A stretch of 64,000 nt of DNA from an uncultured Solirubrobacterales bacterium (GCA_963742705.1 CAVUMZ010000010.1:59967-123966), one strand, 5' to 3'. Positions 1-10,333 are shown, counted from the first letter of the stretch. The notes: generated by a model from the letters alone, not told the origin. Numbers and translations are program-made.

Positions 1-538
1 TGCCCTTCGCGGTCAGGGCGACGCTGTCCTGGGAGCTGTTCTTGCTCAGGCCGAAGTCGGTCAGGTAGCAGTGGTCCTCGGCCTCGACGGCGTCGCGCGG
101 GGCGATAAGGACGTTCTCCGGCTTGAGGTCGCGGTGGAGGATCCCGGCGGCGTGGGCGGCATCGAGCGCGTCGGCGACCTGGCGCAGCAGGGCGACCGCG
201 CGATCGGGATGCAGTTGACCCTCGCGCCCGAGCAGCTCGCGCAGGTCGCCTCCGGGGACGTACTGCATCGCCATGTAGTGGACCCCGTGGTCCTCGCCGG
301 CGGCATATAGCGAGACGATGTTGGGATGGTGCAGCGACGCCGCATACTGGGCCTCGCGCGCGAAGCGCCGCCGCATGTCCTCGTCGTCGATGAGCTCCGG
401 CGGCAGGAACTTGACCGCCGCCGCCTGCCCGGTCGAGACGTGCTCGCCGCGGAAGACGATGCCCATCCCGCCGCGCCCGATCTCGCCGATGATGCGGTAG
501 TCGCCCAGCGTGTCGCCGATGTTGACGCGGTCGGTCAT
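1..538 (-). CDS. Ser/Thr protein kinase (Hanks type), N-terminal part; the C-terminus lies beyond the window edge
   Basis: Own minus-strand translation from ATG at 538: MTDRVNIGDTLGDYRIIGEIGRGGMGIVF..AAVKFL..ILHRDLKPENVL..LTDFGLSK. Gly-loop, catalytic Lys, HRDLKPEN loop and DFG are all present. Absent from the ORF track because it is open at the edge. Confidence 0.85.
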   Translation of the reverse strand, partial: MTDRVNIGDTLGDYRIIGEIGRGGMGIVFRGEHVSTGQAAAVKFLPPELIDDEDMRRRFAREAQYAASLHHPNIVSLYAAGEDHGVHYMAMQYVPGGDLRELLGREGQLHPDRAVALLRQVADALDAAHAAGILHRDLKPENVLIAPRDAVEAEDHCYLTDFGLSKNSSQDSVALTAKG

Positions 539-562
539 GTCCTTGGTTCTACCAGCTTGGGC

Positions 563-2485
563 TCACGAGAAGGGACGGGAGCGCGGCGACTCGGGCGCGA
601 AGGCCGCCCCGGCGGAACCGCGGTCGCCGCGGATCACGTGCATCACGGCGTTGATCTGCGCGAGGTGCGTGAATGCCTGCGGAAAGTTGCCTAGGTGGCG
701 CCCGGTGCGCGGGTCGATCTCCTCGGCGTAGAGCTGCAGCGGGCTGGCGAACGACAGCAGCCGCTCGCACAGTTGCCGGGCCCGCGCGTGCTCGCCGATC
801 TCGCTGAGCGCCGAGACGAGCCAGAACGAGCAGATCGTGAAGGTCCCCTCCTCACCCGAAAGGCCGTCGTCGGTTTCCTCGACCCGGTAGCGCAGGACGA
901 GGCCCTGGTCGGTCAGCTCGTCGGCGATCGTCAGCACCGTGTCGCGGATGCGGGGATCCTCGACCGGCAGGAAGCGGGTCAGCGGCATCAGGAGCACCGA
1001 CGCGTCGAGCGCCTTGGTGTCGTAGTGCTGGACGAACACCCCCCGGTCGTCGACGCCGTGGGCGCAGATGTCGGCGTGGATCTCGGCCGCCGCCGCGCTC
1101 CAGCGTTCCGCCATCGCCCGGTCCTCGCGCAGCGCCGCCAGACGGGCGCCGCGGTCGGCGGCGACCCAGCACATCATCTTCGACGACGTGAAGTGCTTCG
1201 GGTCGCCGCGGACCTCCCAGATGCCGCGATCGGGCTCGCGCCAGTTGGCCAGCGCCGTCTCGACCTGGCGCTTGAGGATCGGCCACAGCCGCTCGGGCAG
1301 CTGGTCGCGCGTCTTGGTGTGGAGGTAGATCGAGTCCAGCACGGCGCCCCAGACGTCGTGCTGGCGCTGGTTGTACGCCCCGTTGCCGATCCGCACCGGC
1401 CGCGCGCCGCCATAGCCCGAGAGATGCGTCAGCTCCTGCTCCTCCAGCCGCGACTCGCCGCCGATCCCGTACATGATCTGGAGCTGCCCCTCCTCGGCCT
1501 CGGCGACGTCGGCGACGAAGTAGAAGAAGTCGTTGGCCTCCCAGTCGAAGCCGAGCGTGTAGAGCGCCCAGAGCATGAACGTCGAGTCGCGGATCCAGCT
1601 GAAGCGGTAGTCCCAGTTGCGCGTCCCGCCCGGCGTCTCCGGCAGCGAGGTCGTCGCCGCCGCCATCATCGCCCCGGTCGGAGCGTAGCTCAGACCCTTC
1701 AGGGTCAGCGCGCTCCGCTGGAGGTACGTGCGCCACCGATGATCGGGGAAGGAACCGTGGCGCAGCCACTCCTGCCAGTGGTGGGCGGTGCGCTCGAGCC
1801 GCTCGTGCGCCTCGGCGAACGTCGCCGGCAGCGGCAGCTCCGACCAGCCCAGCGCGACATAGGCGACGTCGCCCTCGCGGAGCACGGTCCGCGCCCGTGC
1901 CCGCGGCCCCTCGAGGCCTAGGCGCATGTCGGTGAGCAGCCGCAGCTCGATGTTCATGCCCTCGCTGCTGGCGATCGCCTCGTGGTAGCCCGGGCCGGCG
2001 TAGCGCCAGTCGGCGGCGAGGCCGCCGTAGTCGAAGGCCGGCTCGCAGTCGAGGTGCACCTCGGCCGAGCCCTGCACGCAGCGCACCGTTCGCAACAGCA
2101 CGTGGTCGGCGTCGTAGTCGGTCGGCGACCGGCGGTGGTTGACCGACCGCTGCGCCTCGTGCACCCACGGGCCGATGCAGAGGACGTCGCGCACGATGAT
2201 CCACCCGGTCGGGGTCTCCCAGCTCGTCTCCAGCACCATCGTCCCCGGGAGGTAACGCCGACCGGCGGGCACCTCGACATCGGCCGGTCCGAGGCGGAAG
2301 CCCCCGGCGTCGCGGTCGAGGATCGCGCCGAACACGCTCGGCGAGTCCATCCGCGGCAGGCACATCCATTCGACGTTCCCGCTCGGGGCAATCAGCGCCG
2401 TCGTCTCGCAGTCCGAGAGGAACGCATAGTCGGCGATCGGCGGGAAGGGATCCGCGGCGACGGTATCGGGGATGAACGGGGTCAT
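563..2485 (-). CDS. Glycoside hydrolase family 15 (glucoamylase/trehalase-like)
   Basis: 640-aa ORF. N-terminus YAFLSDCETTALIAPSGNVEWMCLPRMDSPSVFGAILD and later RNWDYRFSWIRDS and CSFWLV are typical of bacterial GH15 proteins. Confidence 0.85.
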   Translation of the reverse strand: MTPFIPDTVAADPFPPIADYAFLSDCETTALIAPSGNVEWMCLPRMDSPSVFGAILDRDAGGFRLGPADVEVPAGRRYLPGTMVLETSWETPTGWIIVRDVLCIGPWVHEAQRSVNHRRSPTDYDADHVLLRTVRCVQGSAEVHLDCEPAFDYGGLAADWRYAGPGYHEAIASSEGMNIELRLLTDMRLGLEGPRARARTVLREGDVAYVALGWSELPLPATFAEAHERLERTAHHWQEWLRHGSFPDHRWRTYLQRSALTLKGLSYAPTGAMMAAATTSLPETPGGTRNWDYRFSWIRDSTFMLWALYTLGFDWEANDFFYFVADVAEAEEGQLQIMYGIGGESRLEEQELTHLSGYGGARPVRIGNGAYNQRQHDVWGAVLDSIYLHTKTRDQLPERLWPILKRQVETALANWREPDRGIWEVRGDPKHFTSSKMMCWVAADRGARLAALREDRAMAERWSAAAAEIHADICAHGVDDRGVFVQHYDTKALDASVLLMPLTRFLPVEDPRIRDTVLTIADELTDQGLVLRYRVEETDDGLSGEEGTFTICSFWLVSALSEIGEHARARQLCERLLSFASPLQLYAEEIDPRTGRHLGNFPQAFTHLAQINAVMHVIRGDRGSAGAAFAPESPRSRPFS

Positions 2486-2571
2486 GTGCGCGCTCGACCG
2501 GCGCTCGCCAGCGTATCCGACGGCGCCGTCGACTCCGTCCTACGGGCTGCGCCGAGAGGAGCCCGCCGGCG

Positions 2572-3894
2572 TCAGCTCTCGCGCGGGCGCCCGAACGACG
2601 TCACCGTCATCCCGAGGCTGGTGAACATGCTCGGGTTCACGTTCAGGGCGGTAACGGCCAGCTCGGCGAACAGCGCCGCGCGATCGAGATCCCCGGGGCC
2701 GTACAGGCCGCCGTCGCGCCGGTCGAGCAGCGACAGGACGCCGATCGGCTCGCCTTGGCGGAGCATGGGCACGACAAGCATCGTGTACGGCACGTATCCG
2801 GTGCCGGCAGCGATTCGCGCGGCGAAGCGGGGGTCCGTGCGACAGTTCGGCACAGCCTGCCCCTGACCGGATTGGGCCACGCTGCCGGCGATCCCGGTGC
2901 CCGGCGGGAGCCGCACGCCGACGATCTCCGAGGCGCCGGCGCCCCAGGCCGACTGGTAGACGAGCTCGTGCGTCGTCTCGTCGATGAAGGCGATCGACGA
3001 CGCGGCCGCGTCGAAGACGCCGGCGGCCGTCCGCACGACGGCCTCCATCAGGCTGCGCGGGGCGGCCGCCTGCGGGATCGACAGGGCGAGCGACTCGCCG
3101 CGCGAGAGCGACAGCGGGGTGCCGAGCGCGCTCGCGAAAGCGCCGACGGAGGCGACGCGGCGCTCGGGGATCAGCTCGAGGCCGGCGGCGACGGCGCGCT
3201 CGAGCTCGGGCGAGACGTCGGGGTTGATCGAGCTGAGGTTGGTCGTCCCGGCGTAGACCGGCGGCTTGCCGGCGATCAGCGTCCAGAGCGTGGCGGCGAC
3301 GCCGAACACGTCGCTGCGCGGGGACACCGCGCCGCCGGCGAAGACCTCGGGCGCCATGAAGCGCGGCGTGCCGATGCCGACCGTCCCGGGCTCCTCGTCC
3401 TCGAGCAGGCGGGCGACGCCGAAGTCGACGAGCACGACGCCGTCGCCGCCGAGGATCAGGTTCTGCGGCTTGACGTCGCGGTGGACGATCTGCTGGTCGT
3501 GGACGTACTGGAGCGCCTCGCACGTCTCCTGCGTGTAACGGATCGCCTCCTCGAGCGGCAGGCCCGGGTTGCCGCGCTGCTGGAGCAGCACGTGGAGGTC
3601 GGTGCCGCGCACGAGGTCCATCAGCAGGTACTGGCCGCTGTCGTCGTGGAAGTAGTCGAGGATCCGCACGACGCGTGGATGGCGCAGCAGCGCTAGGAGC
3701 CGCGACTCGACCTCGAAGCGCTCGGAGTGGCGGGTGTCGGTCAGGTGCTTGAGGGCCACGAGATCGCCGGTCTCGTTGTCCTTGGCGACATAGACGGCGC
3801 CCATCGCGCCCCTGGAAATCGGCTCCACGATCGCCCAGCGATCGTTGATCATCAGGTCGAGCGATAGCGAGAACGCCGAATCGTCGTTGGCCAC
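2572..3894 (-). CDS. Ser/Thr protein kinase with C-terminal GAF domain
   Basis: 440-aa ORF with a GTG start. Kinase motifs: GAMGAVYVA, VALKHL, HRDVKPQNLIL, DFGVARL, APE. The C-terminal ~150 aa (IAFIDETTHELVY..GIAGSVAQSGQ..DPRF..MLVVPML..PIGVLSLLD) is GAF-like. Confidence 0.9.
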   Translation of the reverse strand: MANDDSAFSLSLDLMINDRWAIVEPISRGAMGAVYVAKDNETGDLVALKHLTDTRHSERFEVESRLLALLRHPRVVRILDYFHDDSGQYLLMDLVRGTDLHVLLQQRGNPGLPLEEAIRYTQETCEALQYVHDQQIVHRDVKPQNLILGGDGVVLVDFGVARLLEDEEPGTVGIGTPRFMAPEVFAGGAVSPRSDVFGVAATLWTLIAGKPPVYAGTTNLSSINPDVSPELERAVAAGLELIPERRVASVGAFASALGTPLSLSRGESLALSIPQAAAPRSLMEAVVRTAAGVFDAAASSIAFIDETTHELVYQSAWGAGASEIVGVRLPPGTGIAGSVAQSGQGQAVPNCRTDPRFAARIAAGTGYVPYTMLVVPMLRQGEPIGVLSLLDRRDGGLYGPGDLDRAALFAELAVTALNVNPSMFTSLGMTVTSFGRPRES

Positions 3895-3923
3895 GCTTCG
3901 AGCCTAGCGCTAAGCTCGCGACC

Positions 3924-4316
3924 ATGGGGTGGGTCGCGGTCCTCGTTGCTTTCGTGGTCAGCCACCTGGTCGGGGACTACCTATTCCAGACCGATTGGCA
4001 GGCCTGCAACAAGCACGGTGGGCTGACGCGAGCCGGGGTTCCGCGGCGGGCGCTGGCCTCGCACGTGGCCACCTACACGCTGGCCTACGTGCCGGCGCTG
4101 ATCTGGCTGGCGGACGACCTCGGGGTCGCCGTCCTCGGGGCAGCCCTGCTGATCGCCGTCCCGCACTTCATCCAGGACGACGGGCGCCTGATCGGGCGGT
4201 ACATGTCGCGCGTGAAGCACCTCGAGTTCGGCGCCAACCCGGCGGTCGACCGGGCCGTCGACCAGAGCTTCCACGTCGTTGCGCTCTTCCTCCTGGCGCT
4301 GCTCGTGGGGAGCTGA
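3924..4316 (+). CDS. DUF3307-like small integral membrane protein
   Basis: 130-aa ORF with hydrophobic segments. HLVGDYLFQTDWQA and PHFIQDD resemble the DUF3307 signature. Stop lies 11 nt before the cyclase start. Confidence 0.6.
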   Translation: MGWVAVLVAFVVSHLVGDYLFQTDWQACNKHGGLTRAGVPRRALASHVATYTLAYVPALIWLADDLGVAVLGAALLIAVPHFIQDDGRLIGRYMSRVKHLEFGANPAVDRAVDQSFHVVALFLLALLVGS

Positions 4317-4327
4317 GGCGCCCGCGG

Positions 4328-6187
4328 ATGCGACTCCGCCGGCGGTTCGTCCTATCGCGCGCGCGCCAGCGGGTCGCCCTGCTCGCCGCGGTCGGCGCCT
4401 GGATGACCGCGCTCGTTCTCGTCGCCTACGCAACCGATACGTTCAAGAGCCAGGAGCTCAACAGCGTGGCGACCCGGTTCTCGATCCGCGGCACCAAGCC
4501 CCCACCGAAGGACCTGGTCCTGGTCGAGATCGACGACTCGACCTTCAGCAACCTGCCGCAGTACCAGTGGCCCTACCCGCGCCAACTCCACGCCAAGGTG
4601 ATCGACCACCTCGTCGCCGACCACGCCAAGGCGATCGGCTTCGACGTGCAGTTCACCGAGGAGCCCAAGAGCCCGAGTGAGAACATCGCGCTCGCCTCGT
4701 CGATCTACGGAGCGACCTCGGCCGGCGTACCGGTGGTGCTGGACACGACCGCGACGGACGCGCGCGGCGACACCGGGATCCTCGGCGGCGACAAGGTGCT
4801 GAAGGCGATCGGCGCCCGCCCGGCGAGCGCCCTCAACCCGCCGGGCGAGCCGGACAACGACATCCGGCGGGTGTCCTATGCCCTCGGCGGCCTGCAGACG
4901 TTCGCGACGGTGGTCGCCGAGGCGGCCGACCACCGCCAGATCAAGCCGGCGCTGTTCGGGGGAAAGCCGGCCTGGATCGACTTCGGCGGCCCGGCCGGCA
5001 CGATCCCGTCCGTCTCCTACTACAAGGTGCTCGAGAACAAGGTTCCGCGCGGATTCTTCCGGGGCAAGATCGTCCTCATCGGGGCTTCGGACACGGCGCT
5101 CCAGGATCTCCACCCCACGCCGGCCGGCCCCCTCATGCCCGGCGTCGAGGTCCAGGCCAACGCGGTCGAGACCATCCGCCGCTCGCTGCCGCTGAAGTCC
5201 GCCCCCGGCTGGCTGAACGTCGGGTTGATCCTGCTGCTCGGTCTGGCGGCCCCCGCCGCCAGCCTCCGCCTCTCGCCGCTCCGGTCGCTCGGCCTGGCCC
5301 TGCTGATGGGAGGCGCCTTCGTCGTCGCCTGCCAGCTCGCCTTCGACGGCGGCCTGATCGTCGCCTTCGTCTACCCGCTGGCCGCCCTGCTGCTGAGCGC
5401 CTCGGGGTCCCTCGGCGTGCACTACGCCACCGCGTCGTCAGAGCGCGAGCGCGTGCGCGATCTGTTCTCGCGCTTCGTCCCCGAGAACGTCGTCGGCCAG
5501 GTCCTCGAGAGCGCCGACGACGGCCTGCGCCTCGGCGGCGTTCAGCGCACGGCGACGGTGATGTTCACCGACCTTCGCGGCTTCACGAGCTTCGCCGAGT
5601 CGCTCCCGCCGAACCGGGTGATCTCCGTGCTCAACCAGTACCTCAGCTCGATGAGCGACGGCATCCTCGACCACGGCGGTACCCTCGTCGCCTACATGGG
5701 TGACGGCATCATGGCCGTCTTCGGTGCCCCGATCGAGCGCGAGGACCACGCCGACCAGGCGCTGGCCACGGCCCGGGAGATGCTCGACCTGCGGCTGCCG
5801 CGCTTCAACGCCTGGCTGCGCGAGGAGGGGCTCGGCGACGGCTTCCGCATGGGCATCGGCCTCAACAGCGGCTCGGTGATGTCGGGCAACGTCGGCTCCG
5901 AGCGCCGGCTCGAGTACACGGCAATCGGCGACACGACGAACACGGCCTCGCGGATCGAGGGGATGACGAAGGGCACGCCGCACCAGCTGCTGTTCACCGA
6001 ATCGACGCGCGAGCTGCTGCGCCACCAGCCGGACGACGTGATCTTCGTCGAGGAGCGCGAGGTCCGCGGCCGCCAGGCGACGGTCAAACTCTGGTCGCTG
6101 GCGAGCCCCGAGGCGGCCGGCGCACCGCCCGCCGCGCCGGCGGCCGCCGCCCCGGCGCCGGGCGGCGGAGGAGCAGCCGAGGCCTGA
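4328..6187 (+). CDS. CHASE2 sensor-domain adenylate/guanylate cyclase (class III)
   Basis: Start taken at MRLRRRFV (ATG 4328) inside the longer 3929..6187 ORF. It has an N-terminal TM, an extracytoplasmic CHASE2-like region, a TM bundle and then a canonical cyclase core (VMFTDLRGFTSF, AYMGDGIMAVFGAP, IGDTTNTASRIEG). Confidence 0.85.
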   Translation: MRLRRRFVLSRARQRVALLAAVGAWMTALVLVAYATDTFKSQELNSVATRFSIRGTKPPPKDLVLVEIDDSTFSNLPQYQWPYPRQLHAKVIDHLVADHAKAIGFDVQFTEEPKSPSENIALASSIYGATSAGVPVVLDTTATDARGDTGILGGDKVLKAIGARPASALNPPGEPDNDIRRVSYALGGLQTFATVVAEAADHRQIKPALFGGKPAWIDFGGPAGTIPSVSYYKVLENKVPRGFFRGKIVLIGASDTALQDLHPTPAGPLMPGVEVQANAVETIRRSLPLKSAPGWLNVGLILLLGLAAPAASLRLSPLRSLGLALLMGGAFVVACQLAFDGGLIVAFVYPLAALLLSASGSLGVHYATASSERERVRDLFSRFVPENVVGQVLESADDGLRLGGVQRTATVMFTDLRGFTSFAESLPPNRVISVLNQYLSSMSDGILDHGGTLVAYMGDGIMAVFGAPIEREDHADQALATAREMLDLRLPRFNAWLREEGLGDGFRMGIGLNSGSVMSGNVGSERRLEYTAIGDTTNTASRIEGMTKGTPHQLLFTESTRELLRHQPDDVIFVEEREVRGRQATVKLWSLASPEAAGAPPAAPAAAAPAPGGGGAAEA

Positions 6188-6198
6188 GCGCGGCGGCC

Positions 6199-8106
6199 TC
6201 AGCCGCCGAGCTTGTACCCGAGCGTGCGCAACCCGGCGATCGCCCGGGCGGCGTCCGCGCCGGCGCTGGTCAGCGCCCGGCCCGCGGCGGCGTAGCCGGA
6301 CTTGTCGTTGGCGGCGGCGGCCGTGGCGGAGCTCGTATAAGCGCGCGCGACCGCCCCGAGCCCGGCTGCGATCTGGGCGGCCGCCTGCGCCACCAGCGGG
6401 TTGGTCGCGGTCGCGGCGACCGCGCGTCCGGCGGCGGCGTAGGCCGCCGCGAGCGCGCGATCGGCGCCGGCCTGGGCGCCCGAGGTCGTCGCCCCGGCGA
6501 GGCGGCTCTCCGCCACCCGCCGGGCCGCGGCGAGCCGCGCCAGGGCGGCTTGCACCTGGGCGGCGAAGCGGGCGTTCGGCCCGAGCGGATAGGCGCTCGC
6601 CCCGACAACCCGCGCCGAGGCGACCACGCGGGCGCAGTCGGCGTCAAATGCGGCGGCGGGTGCCGCCCCCGGCCGGCAGGCGAGGGTGAGGACGCCCTGA
6701 CTCGTCGGCACGACGTACAGCGTCACGGCCCCCGCCAGGCCGCGCGGGCGGAGTCCGACGTAACGCAACGCCTCGAGACCGCCGCCGCCGAGCCGCACCG
6801 GCTGCCCGACCGGCGCCGGTGCCGGCAGCAGGCGCAGGAGCGACGCGGGCAGGAGCGTCGGGCCCGTCGCGGCGACGGTCCCGGCCTCCAGGCGTGACGC
6901 CCCCGCCGACGGCGCGAGGACGACCGCGTTCGCGAACGTGAGGCCCGGGACGGCCGGCTGGACCTGGAGCCGCTGCCAGCCGCTGGGAAAGGAGAGCTCC
7001 AGCGGACCGACCGAGGCCGAGTTCGCGAGCGGCGCCGGCGCCGTCGGGCCGGAAGAGCCGGAGCCGCCGACGACGGCGCCGATGGCCGCGGCGGCGACCA
7101 TCAGCGCGGCGATCAGCGGGGCTGGCGAGCGTCGGCGTGGCGCGGGGGCGGCGGTCGGCTCAGGCGGCGCCGGGCGCACGACCCCGACCGTCTCCTCGGC
7201 AGGGGGGGCTGCGGCCGCCGGAGCGGCCGGCGCCGCCGGCGGAGCGGCGGCCACGGCCTCGACCCGGTGCATGCGCGTGCGGTCGGTCGAGGTCGCCGGG
7301 GCGACGGCGGCGAAGGCCCGGCGCGCCTCGAGCATCAACGCCCCGGCTGACGGATAGCGTTCGCCGGCGTCCTTGGCCATGCCCTTGGCGATCACCGCGT
7401 CAATCGCCCCCGGCAGATCGGGATAGCGGTTGCTGACCTTCGGCGGGGCGACGGTCAGGTGGGCGAAGAGGACGCTGGGCTCCGACGGCCGGGGAAACGG
7501 GACCTCGCCCGTCAGGCACTCGTGGAGCACGCAGCAGAGCGAGTAGACGTCGCTGCGCGCCGTCGCGCCTTCGCCCCGGGCCTGCTCGGGCGAGATGTAG
7601 TCGATCGTGCCGACGAAGTGGCCCGGCTCGGTTAGGAGAGCATCCTCGTCGGAGCCCTTGGTCAGGCCGAAGTCGGCGAGGTAGGCATGGTCGCGGGCGC
7701 CGATCAGGATGTTCTGGGGCTTGACGTCGCGATGGATCAGACCGACGGCGTGGGCGGCATCGAGGGCGTCGGCGACCTGGGTCAGCACCAGGAGCGTGCG
7801 CCGGCGGTCGATCGCACCTTCCAGCACCAGGGCCTTCAACGTCGGGCCCTCGACGAGCCGCATGGCCAGGAAGAGCCCGGCGTCAGTCTCACCGGCCTCG
7901 TAGACCGAGACGATGTGCGGGTGGTCAATCGCCGCCTGGCGCAGACCCTCGCGGCGGAAGCGCTCGCGAAACCCGGCGTCGTCGCTCAGCTCGCCGGTCA
8001 GCACCTTCAGGGCGACGACGCGCTCGAGCGAGAGCTGGGTCGCGCGATACACCGTGCCCATGCCGCCCTCTCCCAAGAGGCCGTCGACCCGGTACCCCCC
8101 GACCAT
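6199..8106 (-). CDS. Membrane-anchored Ser/Thr protein kinase with Pro/Ala-rich linker and extracytoplasmic domain
   Basis: Motifs: MVGGYRVDGLLGEGGMGTVYRA, VALKVL, HRDVKPQNILI, DFGLTK, SPEQ. One TM (LIAALMVAAAAIGAVVGG) follows a Pro-rich linker. The ORF track starts at TTG 8124; I prefer ATG 8106. Confidence 0.9.
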   Translation of the reverse strand: MVGGYRVDGLLGEGGMGTVYRATQLSLERVVALKVLTGELSDDAGFRERFRREGLRQAAIDHPHIVSVYEAGETDAGLFLAMRLVEGPTLKALVLEGAIDRRRTLLVLTQVADALDAAHAVGLIHRDVKPQNILIGARDHAYLADFGLTKGSDEDALLTEPGHFVGTIDYISPEQARGEGATARSDVYSLCCVLHECLTGEVPFPRPSEPSVLFAHLTVAPPKVSNRYPDLPGAIDAVIAKGMAKDAGERYPSAGALMLEARRAFAAVAPATSTDRTRMHRVEAVAAAPPAAPAAPAAAAPPAEETVGVVRPAPPEPTAAPAPRRRSPAPLIAALMVAAAAIGAVVGGSGSSGPTAPAPLANSASVGPLELSFPSGWQRLQVQPAVPGLTFANAVVLAPSAGASRLEAGTVAATGPTLLPASLLRLLPAPAPVGQPVRLGGGGLEALRYVGLRPRGLAGAVTLYVVPTSQGVLTLACRPGAAPAAAFDADCARVVASARVVGASAYPLGPNARFAAQVQAALARLAAARRVAESRLAGATTSGAQAGADRALAAAYAAAGRAVAATATNPLVAQAAAQIAAGLGAVARAYTSSATAAAANDKSGYAAAGRALTSAGADAARAIAGLRTLGYKLGG

Positions 8107-8171
8107 CGTGCCGGACTCGAGCAATGTGGCCGCGATTCTACGCCCCGCCCGCGGCGGCGCGCGGGCGGCGG

Positions 8172-8483
8172 CTACCCGACCAGCGTGACGCCGCCCCCGC
8201 CACCACCGCCACCGCCACCACGGCTCGGCGCCGGGGCCGGGGCCACGGGCGCGAGGGTCCGACCGGGACTCGGCGCGACGGGAGCCACGTGTACCGGCGG
8301 AGGGGTGTGGAGCGTCGGCGGGCGCGACGGACCCGGCAGCGCCGGCACCGACGGAGCGGCGCCACCGAGCGTCAGCGGCGCGATCGCCGGCCCGGATGCC
8401 CCGATCGTCCCAGCGCCGCTCGAATGGGCGATCGCATAGGCGGCGGCGAAGGCGGCGAGCGCGGCCACGGCGGCGGCGACCAT
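8172..8483 (-). CDS. Small Pro/Gly-rich membrane-anchored hypothetical protein
   Basis: ATG at 8483 gives MVAAAVAALAAFAAAYAIA (TM), then a Pro-rich tail ending in a run of ten Gly. GC3 is high in this frame. It sits between the secreted-protein gene and the kinase gene on the same strand. No family recognised. Confidence 0.4.
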   Translation of the reverse strand: MVAAAVAALAAFAAAYAIAHSSGAGTIGASGPAIAPLTLGGAAPSVPALPGPSRPPTLHTPPPVHVAPVAPSPGRTLAPVAPAPAPSRGGGGGGGGGGVTLVG

Positions 8484-8506
8484 CGCCAGCGGGCTGCGCA
8501 GGCTCC

Positions 8507-9406
8507 TCAGCACGTCTGCTTCGGCTTCAGCGAGCCCGGCGCGAGGCAGCGGACGAGCTTCGAGAAGTTCCCGCTCCGGATCTTGTACTCGACGTAGACG
8601 CCGATCGAGTTCGGGGCGGTGACGAAGATCTGCAGCCGCGCGCCGGACTTCAACCGCGTGCCGGCAAGACGCGGGAAGCGAACGTTCACGGCGGTCCGCG
8701 CCTGCGGCCGGCAGCCGGCGCTGCAGCGGACCGAGACGTGGGCGCCCTTGGGCGCCGTGACGCCCAGCGAGCGGACGAGGATCCCGGTCGGGAGCGCCTG
8801 GGCGATCAGCGTGGCGTCGGCGGTGATCCGCCTGATGTCGGGGATGAAGTCGAAGAGAAACTCGAGCATGCCCGTGGCGTTGTTGACACCTCCGATCTGC
8901 ACGGTGTAGGCCTTGCCGGCCGCCACGGTGGCGTCGAGCTCTTGGAGGTTCGTGCTCACGTTCGGCACGCAGCGGCGGGCGGCGAAATCGGGCTGGGCGG
9001 TCGCCTCGTCGAACGGGACGAGCGAGATCACGTTGTCGAAGCCGGAGGTGCGTAGGCGCACGGCGCCGTTCACGTCGGGATGGAAGTCGTACCAGACGGT
9101 GGCGCCGTAGTTGACGCCCTGGCACGTCGTCGGCTCGGCCGGACCGCCCATCATCGGCGGGTTGAACACGTCGGTCTGGACGGTGGCGCCGGTCGTGTCG
9201 CGGAGGTCGCGCAGGGTGTCGGTCCGGTTCAGCCGGGTGCCGGGATCGTTGAGCCGCAGCGAGTTGAGGTAGTTGTCGTTGATCGGAGCGGCTGCGGCCG
9301 GAACGGCCGCGGCGGCGAGCCAGAGGCAGAGGCAGAGGGCGCCGAGCAGACCGGGGAGCGCGAGCACCGGCCGGCGGATCGGACGGCGGTGATTTCCTTC
9401 GCGCAT
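8507..9406 (-). CDS. Secreted hypothetical protein (signal peptide)
   Basis: Start taken at MREGNHRRPIRRP..LCLCLWLAAAAVPAAAAP (ATG 9406) within ORF 8507..9751. The mature part begins INDNYLNSLRLND, a pattern seen in secreted beta-sandwich domains. No enzyme motif recognised. Confidence 0.7.
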   Translation of the reverse strand: MREGNHRRPIRRPVLALPGLLGALCLCLWLAAAAVPAAAAPINDNYLNSLRLNDPGTRLNRTDTLRDLRDTTGATVQTDVFNPPMMGGPAEPTTCQGVNYGATVWYDFHPDVNGAVRLRTSGFDNVISLVPFDEATAQPDFAARRCVPNVSTNLQELDATVAAGKAYTVQIGGVNNATGMLEFLFDFIPDIRRITADATLIAQALPTGILVRSLGVTAPKGAHVSVRCSAGCRPQARTAVNVRFPRLAGTRLKSGARLQIFVTAPNSIGVYVEYKIRSGNFSKLVRCLAPGSLKPKQTC

Positions 9407-9496
9407 CAGATCACCTATCCTCGTTGCGGTGGGGCGAAACGCGAACACTCTCCCACAATTCGCCGGCCGCGCGAGCCAGATGATCGATCGCCGCAG

Positions 9497-10333
9497 ATGA
9501 CCGAGCGACCGGGGGAGCCGCAGCCGGGAGAATTCGTCGGTCCCTACCGGATCGAGTCGGAATTGGGCGTCGGCGGCATGGGCCGCGTCTACAAGGCGCA
9601 GGCGCCCGGGGGCGAGCTGATCGCGCTGAAGATGGTCAAGCCCGACCTGGCGATGGACTCGGTCTTCCGCAAGCGCTTCGAGCGCGAGGCGCGGATCGCC
9701 TCGCAGGTGACCCACCCCCACGTCGTGCCGGTGCTCGACACCGGCGAGCACGAGGGCATCCCCTACCTGACGCAGCGCTTCGTCAACGGGGGTTCACTCG
9801 CCGACCGGCTGGAGAAGGGCTCGCTCGACGTGCCCACGGCGCTGCGGATCTGCGCCGAGACCGCCGCCGGACTCGACGCGCTCTGCGAGCACGGGCTCGT
9901 CCACCGCGACGTCAAGCCGGGGAACGTGCTGCTCGACGAGCACGGCACCGCCTATATCACCGACTTCGGTCTCGCCAAGGACAGCCAGGGGAGCGTGCTG
10001 ACGCGCCCGGGCCAGGCGCTCGGATCGCTCGACTACATGGCGCCGGAGCAGATTCGCGGGGAGGCCGTGGCCGGCTCGGCCGACGTCTACGCGCTCGCCT
10101 GCGTGATGGTCGAGTGCCTCACCGGCAGCCCGCCGTTCGGCGACCGGCAGGGTATGCGCGTGCTCTGGGCCCATCTCCAGGACGACCCGCCGGACCCGTG
10201 TGAGAAGCGCCCGGATCTGCCGGCGGCGCTCGGCCAGGTGATCATCGGGGCGATGCAGAAGGAGCCGGAGGACCGGCCGCAGACGGCGGGCGAGTTCGCC
10301 CAGCAGGCGCTCGGGGCCGCCGGCCTGACCTGA
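9497..10333 (+). CDS. Ser/Thr protein kinase, catalytic domain only (~278 aa)
   Basis: Start at ATG 9497 (MTERPGEPQPGEFVGPYRIESELGVGGMGRVYKA). Motifs: IALKMV, HRDVKPGNVLL, DFGLAK, APEQ. The protein ends right after the kinase fold with no sensor or TM domain. Confidence 0.85.
   Translation: MTERPGEPQPGEFVGPYRIESELGVGGMGRVYKAQAPGGELIALKMVKPDLAMDSVFRKRFEREARIASQVTHPHVVPVLDTGEHEGIPYLTQRFVNGGSLADRLEKGSLDVPTALRICAETAAGLDALCEHGLVHRDVKPGNVLLDEHGTAYITDFGLAKDSQGSVLTRPGQALGSLDYMAPEQIRGEAVAGSADVYALACVMVECLTGSPPFGDRQGMRVLWAHLQDDPPDPCEKRPDLPAALGQVIIGAMQKEPEDRPQTAGEFAQQALGAAGLT

Noticed and set aside
8193-8225. GGN/CCN triplet run (ccgcccccgccaccaccgccaccgccaccacc) that looks like a simple repeat.
   Set aside because: It is simply the poly-Gly C-terminus of the small Pro/Gly-rich ORF. 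It is not a spaced repeat array or a CRISPR.
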